Shown: positions 12,438-25,657 of the stretch, piece by piece
Layout of the letters: every line of letters starts with the position of its first letter
Numbering within the stretch: position 1 is the stretch's first letter
Origin: Schmidtea polychroa
Taxonomy: Eukaryota
DNA length: 64,000 nucleotides
Reading direction: 5' to 3'
NCBI GenBank assembly: GCA_044892525.1
Contig: CM097885.1
Span: forward strand, 158,968,001-159,032,000
Program-made: the position numbers and the translations under genes
The notes under the pieces: model-generated
The model's input: only the letters and a program-made list of their open reading frames with translations
The model's database searches: none
Told to the model about the DNA's origin: nothing

Positions 12438-15318
12438 CAGTGGCGTACCAAGGATTTCTGGGGCCCTTGTGCAGATTTTGGGACGCACAAAATATTTGTC
12501 GAACAAGTGATCCGAGGAACCAAACCATAGGCAGGCTTGGGGGAAGGTGATTAGCAACTCTCTGAGTAAATTTGCGCATTTTAAAACAGAAATAGTAGCG
12601 TTTCGGGTTGGGTTGAAAGGATATTTTGTTACTTCTCGGTATTCTCTGTATATAGAATGGGCACATGCCAGGTACCATCATGATATAATGAACAATAATT
12701 GTTGTTATTGTCACTAATTTATTGAAACATAATTCTTAGAAAAAACTCAGATCATACGCTTATTTCACCATAATATAAAATTGAATCACATGATAAAAAG
12801 AAAGAACAAATCAAACATATGTCCTAATTTAGTTGGACACGATTCAAGTTTAAGATTTGTCAAAGGCTAAAAATCCCAAAAGTTAAAATGGCCGTTTGCG
12901 CGCCTTCTCTTGAGCAAAAATATCGACCACTTTTGAAATGTCAAGCTTTCTTGCATGTTCGTTTTCTATCGATAACATCGCTAGGTCGGTTAATCGCCCT
13001 TCATACATGGTACTTCTTAGATAGTTTTTTATGAGCTTTAATTTGGAAAATGATCGTTCGCAGTTTGCAACAGTCACAGGCAAAGTCAACAGCAACATGT
13101 AAGCGGTGCAGACATCACTTAATGCAGATGATAAAGCATAATAATCCACAAGTAGCAGTTGGGCAATTTCGAATATGGTTGGTTTGGTGGCTAAATTGGA
13201 ATGAAAGCTTGCGCGAAATGACAACAGTTGAGCTGGAAACGAAGGCGAAATATCGTTATCGTATTCTTTAGCTAATAATTCGGCCGCTGTATACAGTTCA
13301 TCGTCAGAGGCAATCAATAATGTAGATGGTAACAGAGCGCTAAACGTTGCAGCCAGTGAACTGAGGCTAAGAAATCGCAGTTTGATTTGTCTGCATGCTT
13401 TATCCACCGTAGCCAAAAATACGTTCAATCTGAAACGTTTCTCAATTGATGCAGCTTTCGGCTGCTTCGCGACTATGCGTGCCTGAACTCCCGAATAAAT
13501 ACCACTCATAGTAGCCGCGCCGTCATAGCCTTGACCGCGCAGTTTGGTGATTTCCAAACCATTATCTGTAATACATTTATTTACAAGAGTGTCACACAGA
13601 CCGCTAGCAGATGTATCATCGACCACCAAAAAACCCATAAATGACTCACAAATTTTCAACTTCACCGGTTTGCCTGCTTGGTCTGTTTCAATACAGACGT
13701 AACGAATAACTTGACTAAGTTTGTCGATTTTACTGATATCTTGGGTAGTATCCACCATAATTGAGAAAAATGGCGCAGCTTTTACGTCTTTAAGTATGTC
13801 CTCCTTGATGCATCGAGCTACCATGGTAATCACTTCATTCTGTATGGTGGGACTGAGATACTTCACAGTACCTTGGGGCATTCTCAACAATTTTTCAAGG
13901 ATGGGATCATACCTTGCAAGTAGGTTGATAACAGACAAGAAATTACCACAGTTTTCATTCCCGTTAGTTCCGACATCTTTTTCCCGGTGGCCTCTGAATG
14001 CCAAATTCGCCCCAGCCAGCATAAACGTGACGTTTACTATTCTGTCAATAACTTGTCTCCAGTAGCTTGCTTCCTTCCTTATGCCATCTTCAATTTCCGC
14101 TGTTAATGTTCTGTTCATGCGCCACTGTTCAAGAACCATGCAACATTGTATGTGGTCGACGGATTTTTCATGAATATCCAGCACATATGTCAGATGACCC
14201 CAGTCACGGAATCCTCTTACCCAAGACTCATCACGATTTTTCGAAAACAGCCAATATGCGTGGCAATATACGCAGTCGCCACTAGGCGAATAAGCTAGAG
14301 TAGTGCGTTTCAGTTTTACGCCTGCTTTATTGATTTTATTGTAAAACGATTCGGAGAAGCATCGTCCTTTCTGGCCGAGATCTCGTGGAAACGGACCAAG
14401 AGGTTGACATGGACCAAAGGAAATTATCAACAAATGCTCTCCGAAATTTGCTTTGTCAGTGAGATGTTTTAAAGCAGTTCGTGCCTCCACAAAAGTGTCA
14501 ATATTGCTCTGAGTAAAAGCTGAAGTAATTGAAGGGCCATATTTCTCATCGTCGGCGCTGTTTCCTAAATCTGGTGTCAATATTTGATCATCCGCCGTAG
14601 ATTCCACAGTGTCATTCTGCTCAGTGGCGACATCTATAGCCACCGCCATCTCTGAGTTGATCAAAGCTGAATTCGATTCAGTCACCATATCTGAAGTAGG
14701 CTTCGATATCGGTTTAATATCCACGGGCTTTAGAAATTCGTAAATTTTCGGCATTTTAGCGGCCTTCTGTTCTTGTTCCTCACGTGCTCGTCGCTTAGCA
14801 GCCCCACTTAAATATGACTTAGACATAGTTAAGGGTGTGCAGCTAATGCAATTATATAATATCCAACTAATTATGCAATTATTGTAAATTGATATACAAT
14901 AAGCAATCCTTTTTACCGCATAGTAAATATCAACAAAACTCTATGACCTCTGCCATGATGTCGTTATACCGCCATTTTGAATCGAGTAGGCAAGTAAATT
15001 GGATTTGACGTTTTATTAATAAACAAGTCCTCGTCACATAAAAAAACCAACGTCAAGTAAATCAAATAATTTAATAGATGAATGGGTGTGACATATGTGG
15101 TTTACAACTATATCCAATATAGATTCCTAATAATATTAAATGTATAAACCGTCCAAACTGTGGTTGCTGTCTTAATAAAAACAAAACAAACGCCAAAGTG
15201 ATGCTTGGTTTGATGACAATCGGGGAATTTATAATGCTCGAACGTATAAATTTTACTAATTTTTCGTCCTGGGCCCTTGTGCCGTGCACAACCTGCACAA
15301 CCTATTGCTACGCCATTG
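12438..15318 (-). mobile_element. hAT element (ZMYM1-like transposase), both termini intact
   Basis: TIRs CAGTGGCGTACC / CAATGGCGTAGC; 8-bp TSD TATTGAAT at 12430-12437 and 15319-15326; subterminal GGGCCCTTGTGC at both ends. Confidence 0.95.
12883..14826 (-). CDS. hAT transposase (TTF-type Zn finger, DUF4371-like region, DDE, dimerization domain) with an apparent in-frame internal deletion
   Basis: 647-aa open frame; motifs LAFRGHRE, FSIMVDTTQDIS, GQGYDGA, TVANCERSFSKLKLIKNYLRSTM; the HCxxHxLNL segment expected after QPKA is missing. Confidence 0.9.
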   Translation of the reverse strand: MSKSYLSGAAKRRAREEQEQKAAKMPKIYEFLKPVDIKPISKPTSDMVTESNSALINSEMAVAIDVATEQNDTVESTADDQILTPDLGNSADDEKYGPSITSAFTQSNIDTFVEARTALKHLTDKANFGEHLLIISFGPCQPLGPFPRDLGQKGRCFSESFYNKINKAGVKLKRTTLAYSPSGDCVYCHAYWLFSKNRDESWVRGFRDWGHLTYVLDIHEKSVDHIQCCMVLEQWRMNRTLTAEIEDGIRKEASYWRQVIDRIVNVTFMLAGANLAFRGHREKDVGTNGNENCGNFLSVINLLARYDPILEKLLRMPQGTVKYLSPTIQNEVITMVARCIKEDILKDVKAAPFFSIMVDTTQDISKIDKLSQVIRYVCIETDQAGKPVKLKICESFMGFLVVDDTSASGLCDTLVNKCITDNGLEITKLRGQGYDGAATMSGIYSGVQARIVAKQPKAASIEKRFRLNVFLATVDKACRQIKLRFLSLSSLAATFSALLPSTLLIASDDELYTAAELLAKEYDNDISPSFPAQLLSFRASFHSNLATKPTIFEIAQLLLVDYYALSSALSDVCTAYMLLLTLPVTVANCERSFSKLKLIKNYLRSTMYEGRLTDLAMLSIENEHARKLDISKVVDIFAQEKARKRPF

Positions 15319-15959
15319 TATTGAATGTCACATTTTGATGCTACTATTGTCAAAACTAACTTTTGTTTTTTTCTGATAATAACTGATGAGATTGATAAAT
15401 TTTTAATAATTTAGTTTGTATTTTTACATCTACATATTTCAGGAATCCTTTTTTAATTGGATAATATTGCATATGGATTTATTTTTTTAATTACCATCGA
15501 TTTTCGATTTGGACGCTTAGAATATGTTGGTTTTTCCGTCTGTAATTTTGTTAATATTTTATTCATCTTGAATCGTAATTAAAATAAAAGAAATTTTTAA
15601 TTTAAAATTATATAATCTACTTTCTAATCATTTAAGTACATCAGAATATACTTGAGAATGTTTAAATATTTTGATTTTGTATTTTTATATTTAAAGCTCC
15701 CTTGGAGAACAGAAATAAGAAGCAGAAAACATATATTTTTAACGTTTAGTGAGAAAAACAATTTTGTTTTATTAACTACAACGAAAAGATTATATGCTTA
15801 CTATACAATTCAAGGGTAGCTATTGGTAAAAATGTAACGGGGGAGACATTTTCTCGTTTCCAATCGACTCGGAAATTAGAAATAAAAAAATTCAGAATTA
15901 AAACTCAACATACCCAAACACTAGAGCTTATTTATCAAACCAATTTCATAATCAAAAAA

Positions 15960-16960
15960 GCAACTGTTACATCCTTTAAAATGGCGCATTTATTACCAAA
16001 GAAAATTAATTCGTTTGAAGATGGTAAGATTATTAATAACTGCAGAAACCATTTTTGATGACTATCAAAATAAAAACGAAATAGTTACTACAATAAATGC
16101 TGTCAAACTCTCACCAAGAACTGTAACTCGAAGAATCGAAATTATGGCTACTGACATTGAATCCCAGTTAAATTATGACATTCGATAAAGTGTATTTTGT
16201 CATTGCAAGCCGATATATCTAACACTTCTCAATTATGTATTATTGCAAAGATGGTTTTTGACGACTTCAGTTAAAAAATAATTTTTAAAAATCTTATCAT
16301 TAAACGGACGTACTATAATTTAAATTTTAAAAATTATTTGCAGGAAAATAATATTTCTTTAGAAAAATTGTCATTAATAACAACAGATGAAGGGGAAAAA
16401 TAACGGATTTGTTGAGTTATGTTAAAAACATTCGATATTTTGGAAATTTGTATCTTATTATTGCATTATTTACGAAAATGTGTTATGCTCAAAGATACTT
16501 CCTTTTCAACATATAATACAGACTGTAACAAAAGTAGTAAATTCAATCAGTGCAACGGCAATTCAGCACAGATTAGTTGAATTGCTTCTACAAGAAGAAA
16601 GTGCAGAATTTGAAGATCTTGTCACATACGCAGATCTAAGGTGGCTTAGAAAAGGAAAGGTACTTGAGGGGTTTCTAAATTTATTCAAGTGAAAGAAATT
16701 TTTTTTATCCAGAAATTATATTTGTTTAGAATTATAGCAAAATCCTTTGCCGCCTAACTTATTTAACAGTTAAATTAGAAATAATTTTGAAACTACATGG
16801 TAAAAATTATCATATTGCCTCCATGATAAGTACTGTCGATATAGCATATAGAGAATGATAATTTATCACATCTCCCAAATTTAAAACTGATAATAAAAAA
16901 GTATTGCGATAGAAATGCTATCATCCATGAATTTGCCAAATATTTAGATATCTTATTCTA
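15960..16960 (+). pseudogene. hAT transposase remnant (GTF2IRD2/SPIN-like)
   Basis: Fragments LSPRTVTRRIEIMATDIESQL and VTKVVNSI...DLRWLRKGKVLEGF, with many stops and frameshifts. Confidence 0.7.
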
Positions 16961-17366
16961 ACAAAAGATTTTCAAAATTATAAAGAAAAAAGGAGTCAAA
17001 TATAGAATTTTTGCATTTTAAACACTTAAAATAAAATTATAAATAAATGAATATTTAAGCGACAGTAATTATTTATTGCTGTTGCTTTGTGTCCAATCCT
17101 AAAAAGATATTTACAATGTGAAGGTATTCACAATAGTATTTAAACAAATCACATCATAATTTGTTTGAGTTTCTATAAAAATAATTAATGTATAAGTAAG
17201 GATTTCAACATACAGGCAACATACAATAATATTTTAATTTATATTTTAGAATACCTCACAACTATAATTTTAATTCTTCTTTCACAAAAACATTTAACAA
17301 TCTACCTTTTCCATTCTTAAGCTTTAATTTACAGTAAAACATTTATAGAAATTTTATTGAAGGTCT

Positions 17367-17714
17367 TTGTCATCTGTTGAAAAAATTGATAGCTTGCTAC
17401 GGAGAACCCAAATATTAGTAGTTGATCAAGGGAGACAATTCGAATCAGAACTATTCGATGCCCTATATAAAAATACGAAACAAAACGTAATCCAACCACT
17501 TCCTACAACCCACGGGGCGAGCCCACAACTGGCTTACCGAATTACCGACATTTTTACTGGGATTAAGGAACACCCCCATCTCAATCGACAACGAAAGCCC
17601 TTCTTAAAAAGTCTTCGGCAGAGAATCAAATCTCCCATCACTCATAAACAACACAACAGAAAACACGGAAAAGAAATTAAAGGAAATTTTAAAACGGCAA
17701 CAAAGATTAATTGA
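17367..17714 (+). pseudogene. Ty3/gypsy integrase core remnant
   Basis: VDQGRQFESELFDAL matches the integrase second-Asp motif (xDQGRQFESxLF); frameshifted afterwards. Confidence 0.6.
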
Positions 17715-19666
17715 AAATTGAATATTCACAATAACTGAGACTTCATTTATCTTTGAGATTTTCTTCATCGCCATTTTTCAATGTCCAGGTGAAGAAAACA
17801 AGTATCTAATTCAACACAAATTGTATAAAATGAATTCTAAAGCTCCATAAATACATTTTATTAAACGGTTGGATTATTTCATATAACTGTTAAGATTGAT
17901 CTTAGGTACAAAGATATCTAACACAATTTACTGATTTATCTGACTCGTAAAAGATAGTGTGTAAGTATAGATAAATGATATAGATTAAATGAGCTAACAC
18001 GTTAACTTGTTTTTCAAAAATGTATTCGATTATGCACAATTATTTACAAAATTGTAAAATAAGTTTCCGAAAAATGCCACAGATTCTAAAGCACAGATAT
18101 CGGTTATACAAACCGTCCTCAGAAAACGATAACATACGCTGGATCTAATTGTCTCACAGCGCTGTACTAATAAGAATGGATCAAGATAGAGGGAGAGTCC
18201 CGAAATTAAGCGCAATCGTATAGAACCAGGGTGTTCTATCGTTACTATTAATTTCCCTTTTCAAATTTTAAATCCAACAAGTAAATCAGGAAGAAATGAT
18301 GGCACTTGTGATCGGGTGTGCTTAATTTTATTGCTATTTAATTTAATTAGATAAATTAACCTCATGGTTAATTGTCTTCTCGAGATTTCACAACTAACTA
18401 ATTTCTCCATAAATTATTAACTTATTTCTCAGCTCTGATTTTTCAGTTCCGAAATCTACTTTTATACTCCACAATCACCAGCAGTTGAGAATTAAATTAT
18501 TTCTCAGTATACCACAACTGTCACAAGTAATTGATTTCCTTTTTCTCTAATCTATGTGGGAGAAATAATTCCTTTTTCAAGCTTTGGAATCGTATTATTC
18601 TACCTTCTGTCATTATTTCTCTTCTTTATATATTAATTATTTTTGCACTTTTAGAATTAATAATTACTATTTATAAATAATATATGTTATAAAACTCCTA
18701 TATTTACTAATTATCTTATTTATAGTAATTAATTTATGCTATTTTCATAATATTTCTATTTATAGTAATTATTTACTTATAATAAGTATTATTTACTGAT
18801 TAGCCCTTATGGCTGTTGTTTTTTTCGAGCCCAACTCCAAAATAACACTGATGAAATGAAGTTAATTATTTCCACTTTTAAATCATCGGAATTATCCTAC
18901 TGGAGATAACTTGGTCTGAGACTCATTTTCAATGTTTGTACATTATTTCTCAGATTTGAAAATTTACATTTTCAGAAAACATTTTCTTTAATTTAATGAT
19001 TTTTTTCCTTTTTCATGTTTCATAATGAATAGCAAAATTTAAATTTATTTTTAATTTACTGGATAATTTTAGAGAAATTGTCAGCTTTACAAAAGTATTC
19101 ATCAAGTTGTATGTTAATAGCTTCGTGGTACCTAAGGAATTTGAGTTTCTCTACGGTTTACAATTATTCCTACTTTTTTCGATTTAGAGATTTTAATTAA
19201 TTCACTTAGTTCCATATTATTTCTTAAAAGATTACTTGTTATGATGGAAAAATCTTTTTTCTGAAAGGGGAAAATCAAATGAAGAGCATTCACTTAAATT
19301 ATTAGTTCATGATTGGCAAATTCGTCCAATTGTAATTAATTATAATTTTAATTAATTTCTGTCTAGGACTATTAAATAGTGTATTTTCAGCTATTGTTAA
19401 TTTATTGTAATAATTAGAAAAAAAAGTTAAATTAGTTTTCATTATTTNNNNNNNNNNNNNNNNNNNNNNNNNNNNNNNNNNNNNNNNNNNNNNNNNNNNN
19501 NNNNNNNNNNNNNNNNNNNNNNNNNNNNNNNNNNNNNNNNNNNNNNNNNNNNNNNNNNNNNNNNNNNNNNNNNNNNNNNNNNNNNNNNNNNNNNNNNNNN
19601 NNNNNNNNNNNNNNNNNNNNNNNNNNNNNNNNNNNNNNNNNNNNNNNNNNNNNNNNNNNNNNNNNN

Positions 19667-19700
19667 TTATTATTATCACTATTATTATCATTATTATTAA

Positions 19701-19768
<68 letters not shown>
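19667..19768. repeat. (ATT)n microsatellite next to a gap
   Basis: ATT run abutting an N gap. Confidence 0.97.
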
Positions 19769-19770
<2 letters not shown>

Positions 19771-19806
19771 GTTGTTGTTTCCACCGAATTTGGCATGGTT
19801 TTGGTA

Positions 19807-19867
19807 TCGCGTCTGTGTTCGCGGTTGTTAGACCGATTCTCTTGTTAGTGTGCGCACACAGACGCGA
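19807..19867. promoter_or_regulatory. Second inverted pair of TCGCGTCTGTGT(G/T)CGC motif upstream of the 20021 ORF
   Basis: 16-bp arms with 1 mismatch, ~150 bp before the ATG at 20021; function inferred only. Confidence 0.35.
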
Positions 19868-20020
19868 GAAATAGGTTTGGTATTGTTTGATTGTGGTTTT
19901 TGATTAATTAGTTTTTTGTAGAATTGAATTGATTTTGTGTTTGGTAGAAAACTGATATTGGAATTTTTGTTTTACCAGAAAAAGTTTTGGTGGTTTTTCA
20001 AATTGGTTCCTCTGATAAAA

Positions 20021-20677
20021 ATGGAAAATAAAACTTCCGGTAGTTCAATTAAGTCTTTGGAAAGAATAAGAGATGATCTGACAAAATCTTTATTTATTAA
20101 TTCCATTGAAGGAAATAAATTGACACATGATCATGATGTACATTCTCACAAATATATAGTAGAAATTCAAAATATGTTCAATAACAAGTTTCGTTCATGT
20201 GATTTCCCCAAATCTGACAATTTCAAAATGAAAAACTCTTGTACATTTTCTAGTATTATCCAAGATTTCGAGAATCTTAAAGAATCAGAGCCGTTATGCA
20301 AATATTCAATTATTAAAGAATCGTTGGAAAATGTTATTAAATCATCTGGTGAATATTATGATGGATTCACAGATGAAATGAAAAGGTATTCAATAAACAT
20401 TCCACTGCCTAATATCACAATGAAAGGTAAGTCTACAAATTCACAAAGTAAAGATAAAAGTAATGGAGCTATGTTTGTCCTTATAGAAGTTCAAAGAATT
20501 GCTCATGAATCTGAAAGATACGCTTTGGATTTAATGAAAGAAGGATTACGAATATGAAACCTGATTTGTCTCCGGTGATAAATGTAAGTAGTGATGTTCT
20601 TGAAATGATAACAGTTGTGTGTGATTATGTTTCAAAAGTCGTCAATAAATACATTTTTGGAATTCCTTTTCTGAGTA
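20021..20677 (+). pseudogene. Unknown protein with a single frameshift near 20553, runs into a gap
   Basis: ~178 open codons from ATG 20021, then a second open frame (MKPDLSPVINVSSDVLEM...) overlapping the stop; no family recognised. Confidence 0.45.
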
Positions 20678-23600
20678 NNNNNNNNNNNNNNNNNNNNNNN
20701 NNNNNNNNNNNNNNNNNNNNNNNNNNNNNNNNNNNNNNNNNNNNNNNNNNNNNNNNNNNNNNNNNNNNNNNNNNNNNNNNNNNNNNNNNNNNNNNNNNNN
20801 NNNNNNNNTTTTGAAAATGAAGTTTAAAATCTTTTTTCAAACTATTAAAAAGAGTTCAGTGCCGATTATTTTCTTTGATAAATGAACCGGATATTCATAT
20901 GAAAATTGCCTGTCTGTTTTCATTGTCTCATATATCATATATAAAGCGTTTGTTTTTTTGTCAGCAATGGAAATTTAAGAATTTTCTATAGCAAAATTTT
21001 TAATTCTATTTCCTATCAAAATTTGCATACAAATATTTCTTGGTCAAGAATATTAAATAAAAGTGGTAAGAAATTGATTGTACTTTTAATATACAATAAA
21101 AATTAAATTTTATATTTGCATTTATAAAATAGTAGGACAAATGTTTTTAGAGTGCTCTTTCTGAAATTTTAACTGCTGTCTAACTGCTGCTCTTTCGTTG
21201 TAATCATTCTTTCATTTTTGATAATTTATTTCACAAACATTTTTGATTGTTTCAGAGTGAGTAAAATTAATTATTTTTAGTTTATTCATTTTTGAGGTAA
21301 ATTAATTATTTTGTTGAAAATTTAGAAGTTAAATTTAAAATTAAAATATTAAAAATGCGAAAAAAAAATTTTTTTAATTTTAAAATTTTAAATCGTAATT
21401 CTAAGAAGATCGAAATTTTCAAATCAACTATATAAATAATGGATTTATAAAAAATCGAAAATTATTACAAACATTTTTCATTTAAAAATATAAATTATTC
21501 AAAAAATAATTATTTAAATAAAGATGTTGGAAATTGTGCTGAGTAAAATTAATTTCTTTTTTGTTTAAATAATTTCAGAAATACATATAAATTTACAAAT
21601 CCTAAATTACTATGAAATATTTATAGTGACTCAATTANNNNNNNNNNNNNNNNNNNNNNNNNNNNNNNNNNNNNNNNNNNNNNNNNNNNNNNNNNNNNNN
21701 NNNNNNNNNNNNNNNNNNNNNNNNNNNNNNNNNNNNNNNNNNNNNNNNNNNNNNNNNNNNNNNNNNNNNNNNNNNNNNNNNNNNNNNNNNNNNNNNNNNN
21801 NNNNNNNNNNNNNNNNNNNNNNNNNNNNNNNNNNNNNNNNNNNNNNNNNNNNNNNNNNNNNNNNNAAAAGAAAATCTCGGAAATACATTTAACACAAATT
21901 AAAACAAATGAGGTTTTCAATCTATGTCGAAAGAGTAATAAATTTATAAATTTATGCCATTTCTTTTAATTGAAATTTCCAATATTTAACATTTCCATGA
22001 ATTTACTGTGACTTTCTGTTGAGGCAGACTTCTATTATTGTTGATTCCTTTGAATTTTATTTCTTTTGAATCTTTTCCCAATTAAAATATTTATAAAACG
22101 TGACTTGAAAAGTAAAAGTCTATTGAAATACATTAATGGTATATAACTATAATAAGTACGTATTATCAGGGCCGTTTCTAGTTGTTTGCTGCTCCTTTTT
22201 CCCCTATCATCCAGGCTAGAAGAATTAATGTATTAGATGCCTAAATTAGAATTTGTATTCAATATTAAACAGTAAAATGCATAAACCAAAACTCTCTCAA
22301 ATTCCCTGTCACATCTCAAGCTTTTGAAATATTCTGTATTGTTAAGCTCATTTACTTTTTGAGAAAGAGTAGTGCTTCTTTTGCAGCAGTTTACTGAACA
22401 AAGTTATTTGAAATAATATACTATGCCATGTTACAACTCTCACAACAAACTTAAATTCTATTTAGAATACCTTCGTCTTCCACTTTATTTGTCGTACCAG
22501 AAAAGACTGAGTTCTGAATTTTCATTGACTTCAAACAACGCTTCTTACACATATGGTAATCGGTACCCTGTGGCCGTTATGGCATCGATCCTGCTTGACC
22601 TCGAAGGCTTTATATTCAAGATTGGTATATGACATTTCAGTATATCCCGTGTACATGGAGAAGCAATAAAGAAGGCATATAGTTGTTGTATAACCAGGCC
22701 CTAGGAGAGGCGGGCCAGAGGGGTCACTGTGATGAAAATTTTCTCGACAAAAATATAGATTTTTGAGATGAAGAGAATTTCAGTGAATATGAGTTTTGTG
22801 ATTTGTCATTTATTGAGTGTCCAGTTGTCTTACTTTGGGGTAAATCTGGTTTCCATTTGTGATAATATGTTTTGAGAATAATCTTATCAGGATGCGGGAA
22901 ATGTTGTTGCCAAAGAGTCTATACTGGACGAGATCATTATTTTCTAAAAAAAATCCAAATATCGCAAGGGATCAGAATTTATGGAGAGGAAATGATAAAA
23001 TATTTGTTAGGATATTTTTCTTTTTCATTCATTTTTCTTGACAATGGAATAATAGGTGACAGATTTAATAATATATTGACATCGGGAAATGAAGGAAAGA
23101 AATAAAATGTGAATATTACAGATTTTCCTAATAAACATGTTTGATGAACAGTTTTATTTGTTGAACATTTATCAAATTAATATTTTGTCAAAATACAATT
23201 TTGAATTATAACTTGACAGACAGTTCAAAGTTCAAGTTATTTAAAAAGAATTAATTTTTAATTGAATTATTATTTTGATTTATAAGAAAATTTTGTACGT
23301 GGCTATAAAATTAATATTAAATTATTAATTTATCATTAAGCGAAAAATTATAGATAATCTGTGACATACACAAAGGATGCTGAACCCCCCTCCCTATTTC
23401 ATTCCATATATATATATCAAAGAATTTGATATCTCCTCGCTTGAATTATAATGATGATTTAATTACTGAGGCGACAATATTAAAATTTAATAATAATGTC
23501 ATTTGTTTCCTGTTATAAGTTTGATTTAAATAATTATATATTTTCCGTAAATATCGTATTAAAACTTTGAAATTATAAAATTAGTCTACAGTGATTTGTT

Positions 23601-25657
23601 TTAAATTTTATTATCATCTCAATTGTAATGGACGTACGAGAATTTATTCACGGCGAGGGTCAGATAACGCGGTGACTTTGAGTATTTATTAGTGTAATAA
23701 ACAATTTNNNNNNNNNNNNNNNNNNNNNNNNNNNNNNNNNNNNNNNNNNNNNNNNNNNNNNNNNNNNNNNNNNNNNNNNNNNNNNNNNNNNNNNNNNNNN
23801 NNNNNNNNNNNNNNNNNNNNNNNNNNNNNNNNNNNNNNNNNNNATCTAAAGATTTATTTATTTATTAAAACAGAGTGATCACTCTTAACTAGTTATGTAT
23901 ATTGCTCAATAACTAACATATTGTACTGAATTACGCAATATACTTTGAACTGCTAATGTAAGGTTGGTGTTTCATTTTGAATTTTAAAGGATATTTAATT
24001 TTAATTTTAAATAAAAATTTTTAAAAATTCAGAAAAAGAAAGTATATCATTATATTATATATTTTTAACCAATAAGAAGTAAGAAAAAGGAAATAAAAGA
24101 AGGATCGAGTTGTATGTTCAGGAAGAAGATTGCTAAATTCCAGGAGATTGACAAGGACTATCTTATAGTCGAAAATATTTTCATTAAATACATTATTCGC
24201 AGCAAAAGGCTTAAATTATCACTTTATTGTTTTAAATAATAACGAATAATAATAAAATTAATAACAAGCATAATAATACGAAGAAAAATTATAGTTTCTA
24301 TATCCCAGTTCAATCTAGGAAATATTTAGTATTTTATCAATGGTCTACAAATAGCTGTAAATTTGATTAAAATTTTATTATGTCGAATTTAGATAGTTTA
24401 ATTAAATTTTGTTTCAATTGTTTTCAATGAATGACAAAATTAAAATCGATGAAACTTTGAGAAACTGAATAACAACAAAAATGTTACTCAAAATTTAGAG
24501 GAAAATTAAATTTTTCGTCAATTTTCATCAAATGTCACACGAGATCCAAAATAATAATTCTTGAAATTATAAAATTTTTTCTAAAAATATGAAAACTACA
24601 GAAAAATGTTTTTCATATTTCACTATTTTCTACAAAACTAATTCTCGGAATCGAAAAAGAAATCTAGTTTTCACTGTCACGCAATTTCCTTCATCTTTTG
24701 TAGAAAATTTAAATACCCGCCTCGCTTTATTTAAATAAATCAATTTAAATTATTTGAAAATTCAGGAATTTTTTCTATGTTTTTAAAAATAATTTTTTTA
24801 AATATGAATTGAAAATATTTTTGTTGACCAATTTTTTCTTCAACTGGAAATTTAAGTTTATCGAAAATATCAATAAAATAAATTAATACAATTGATTATT
24901 ATCATGCGTATAATTGATTTGAAACAATACATTTTTGTGCAAAATATGAGTGATCCTGTTGATTATAACTTCAATGGAAATACCAAGACATTTAAAAAAT
25001 TTGCTTCATATTTTTCATTCCAACAGCTGTGAAACAACAGTACGCTTGCCGTAAAATGAATTTCATTTGATAGATTACTAAATGCGCTCATGAAGTCATC
25101 ATGCATAGCTTGTTGTTTTTTCATTAAAATTTCCATAGTTTCAATTTTAAATTTCAATCGACTATAAAAGATTTTCAATATTTTCTTTTTTCTCAATTTG
25201 AATAAAAGCACTTTAATCAAAACAACTTCGAAATATTTTATATAAAAATTTAACGATATAATTTCACTCAATTCAAACCAACTGTTTTAAAAATTTGTTT
25301 GTTTCACAATTTAAAACAACAAAATTTATGACATTTTATAATTTAATAAAACTATGTCATTCTTTGACATTTTCCATAATTAATTAAATTTTATTATTTT
25401 ATTTAATTTTACTTATCACTTTTATCACTGGACAGAACAATGAGAACATTGTTAATTATAAGATAGTCCTTTTCAATCTCTTTGAGAGAAAATTTGCTCA
25501 TTTAATATGTTGAGGTTCTCAAATCTCAACTTGATGGTTCTTATATAAATAATAAAACAAACACTGGTTCAATAAATTTATTTAATTATCACAATTACAA
25601 ATTAAAAATATAAAGTTAACAATCACCTCAGAATTGTTTCAATTTGTGTTGTATATA

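Noticed and set aside
22167-23105. hAT-like terminal motifs (CAGGGCCG, CCAGGCCC) with short ORFs
   Set aside because: No matching TIR pair, TSD or diagnostic transposase motif
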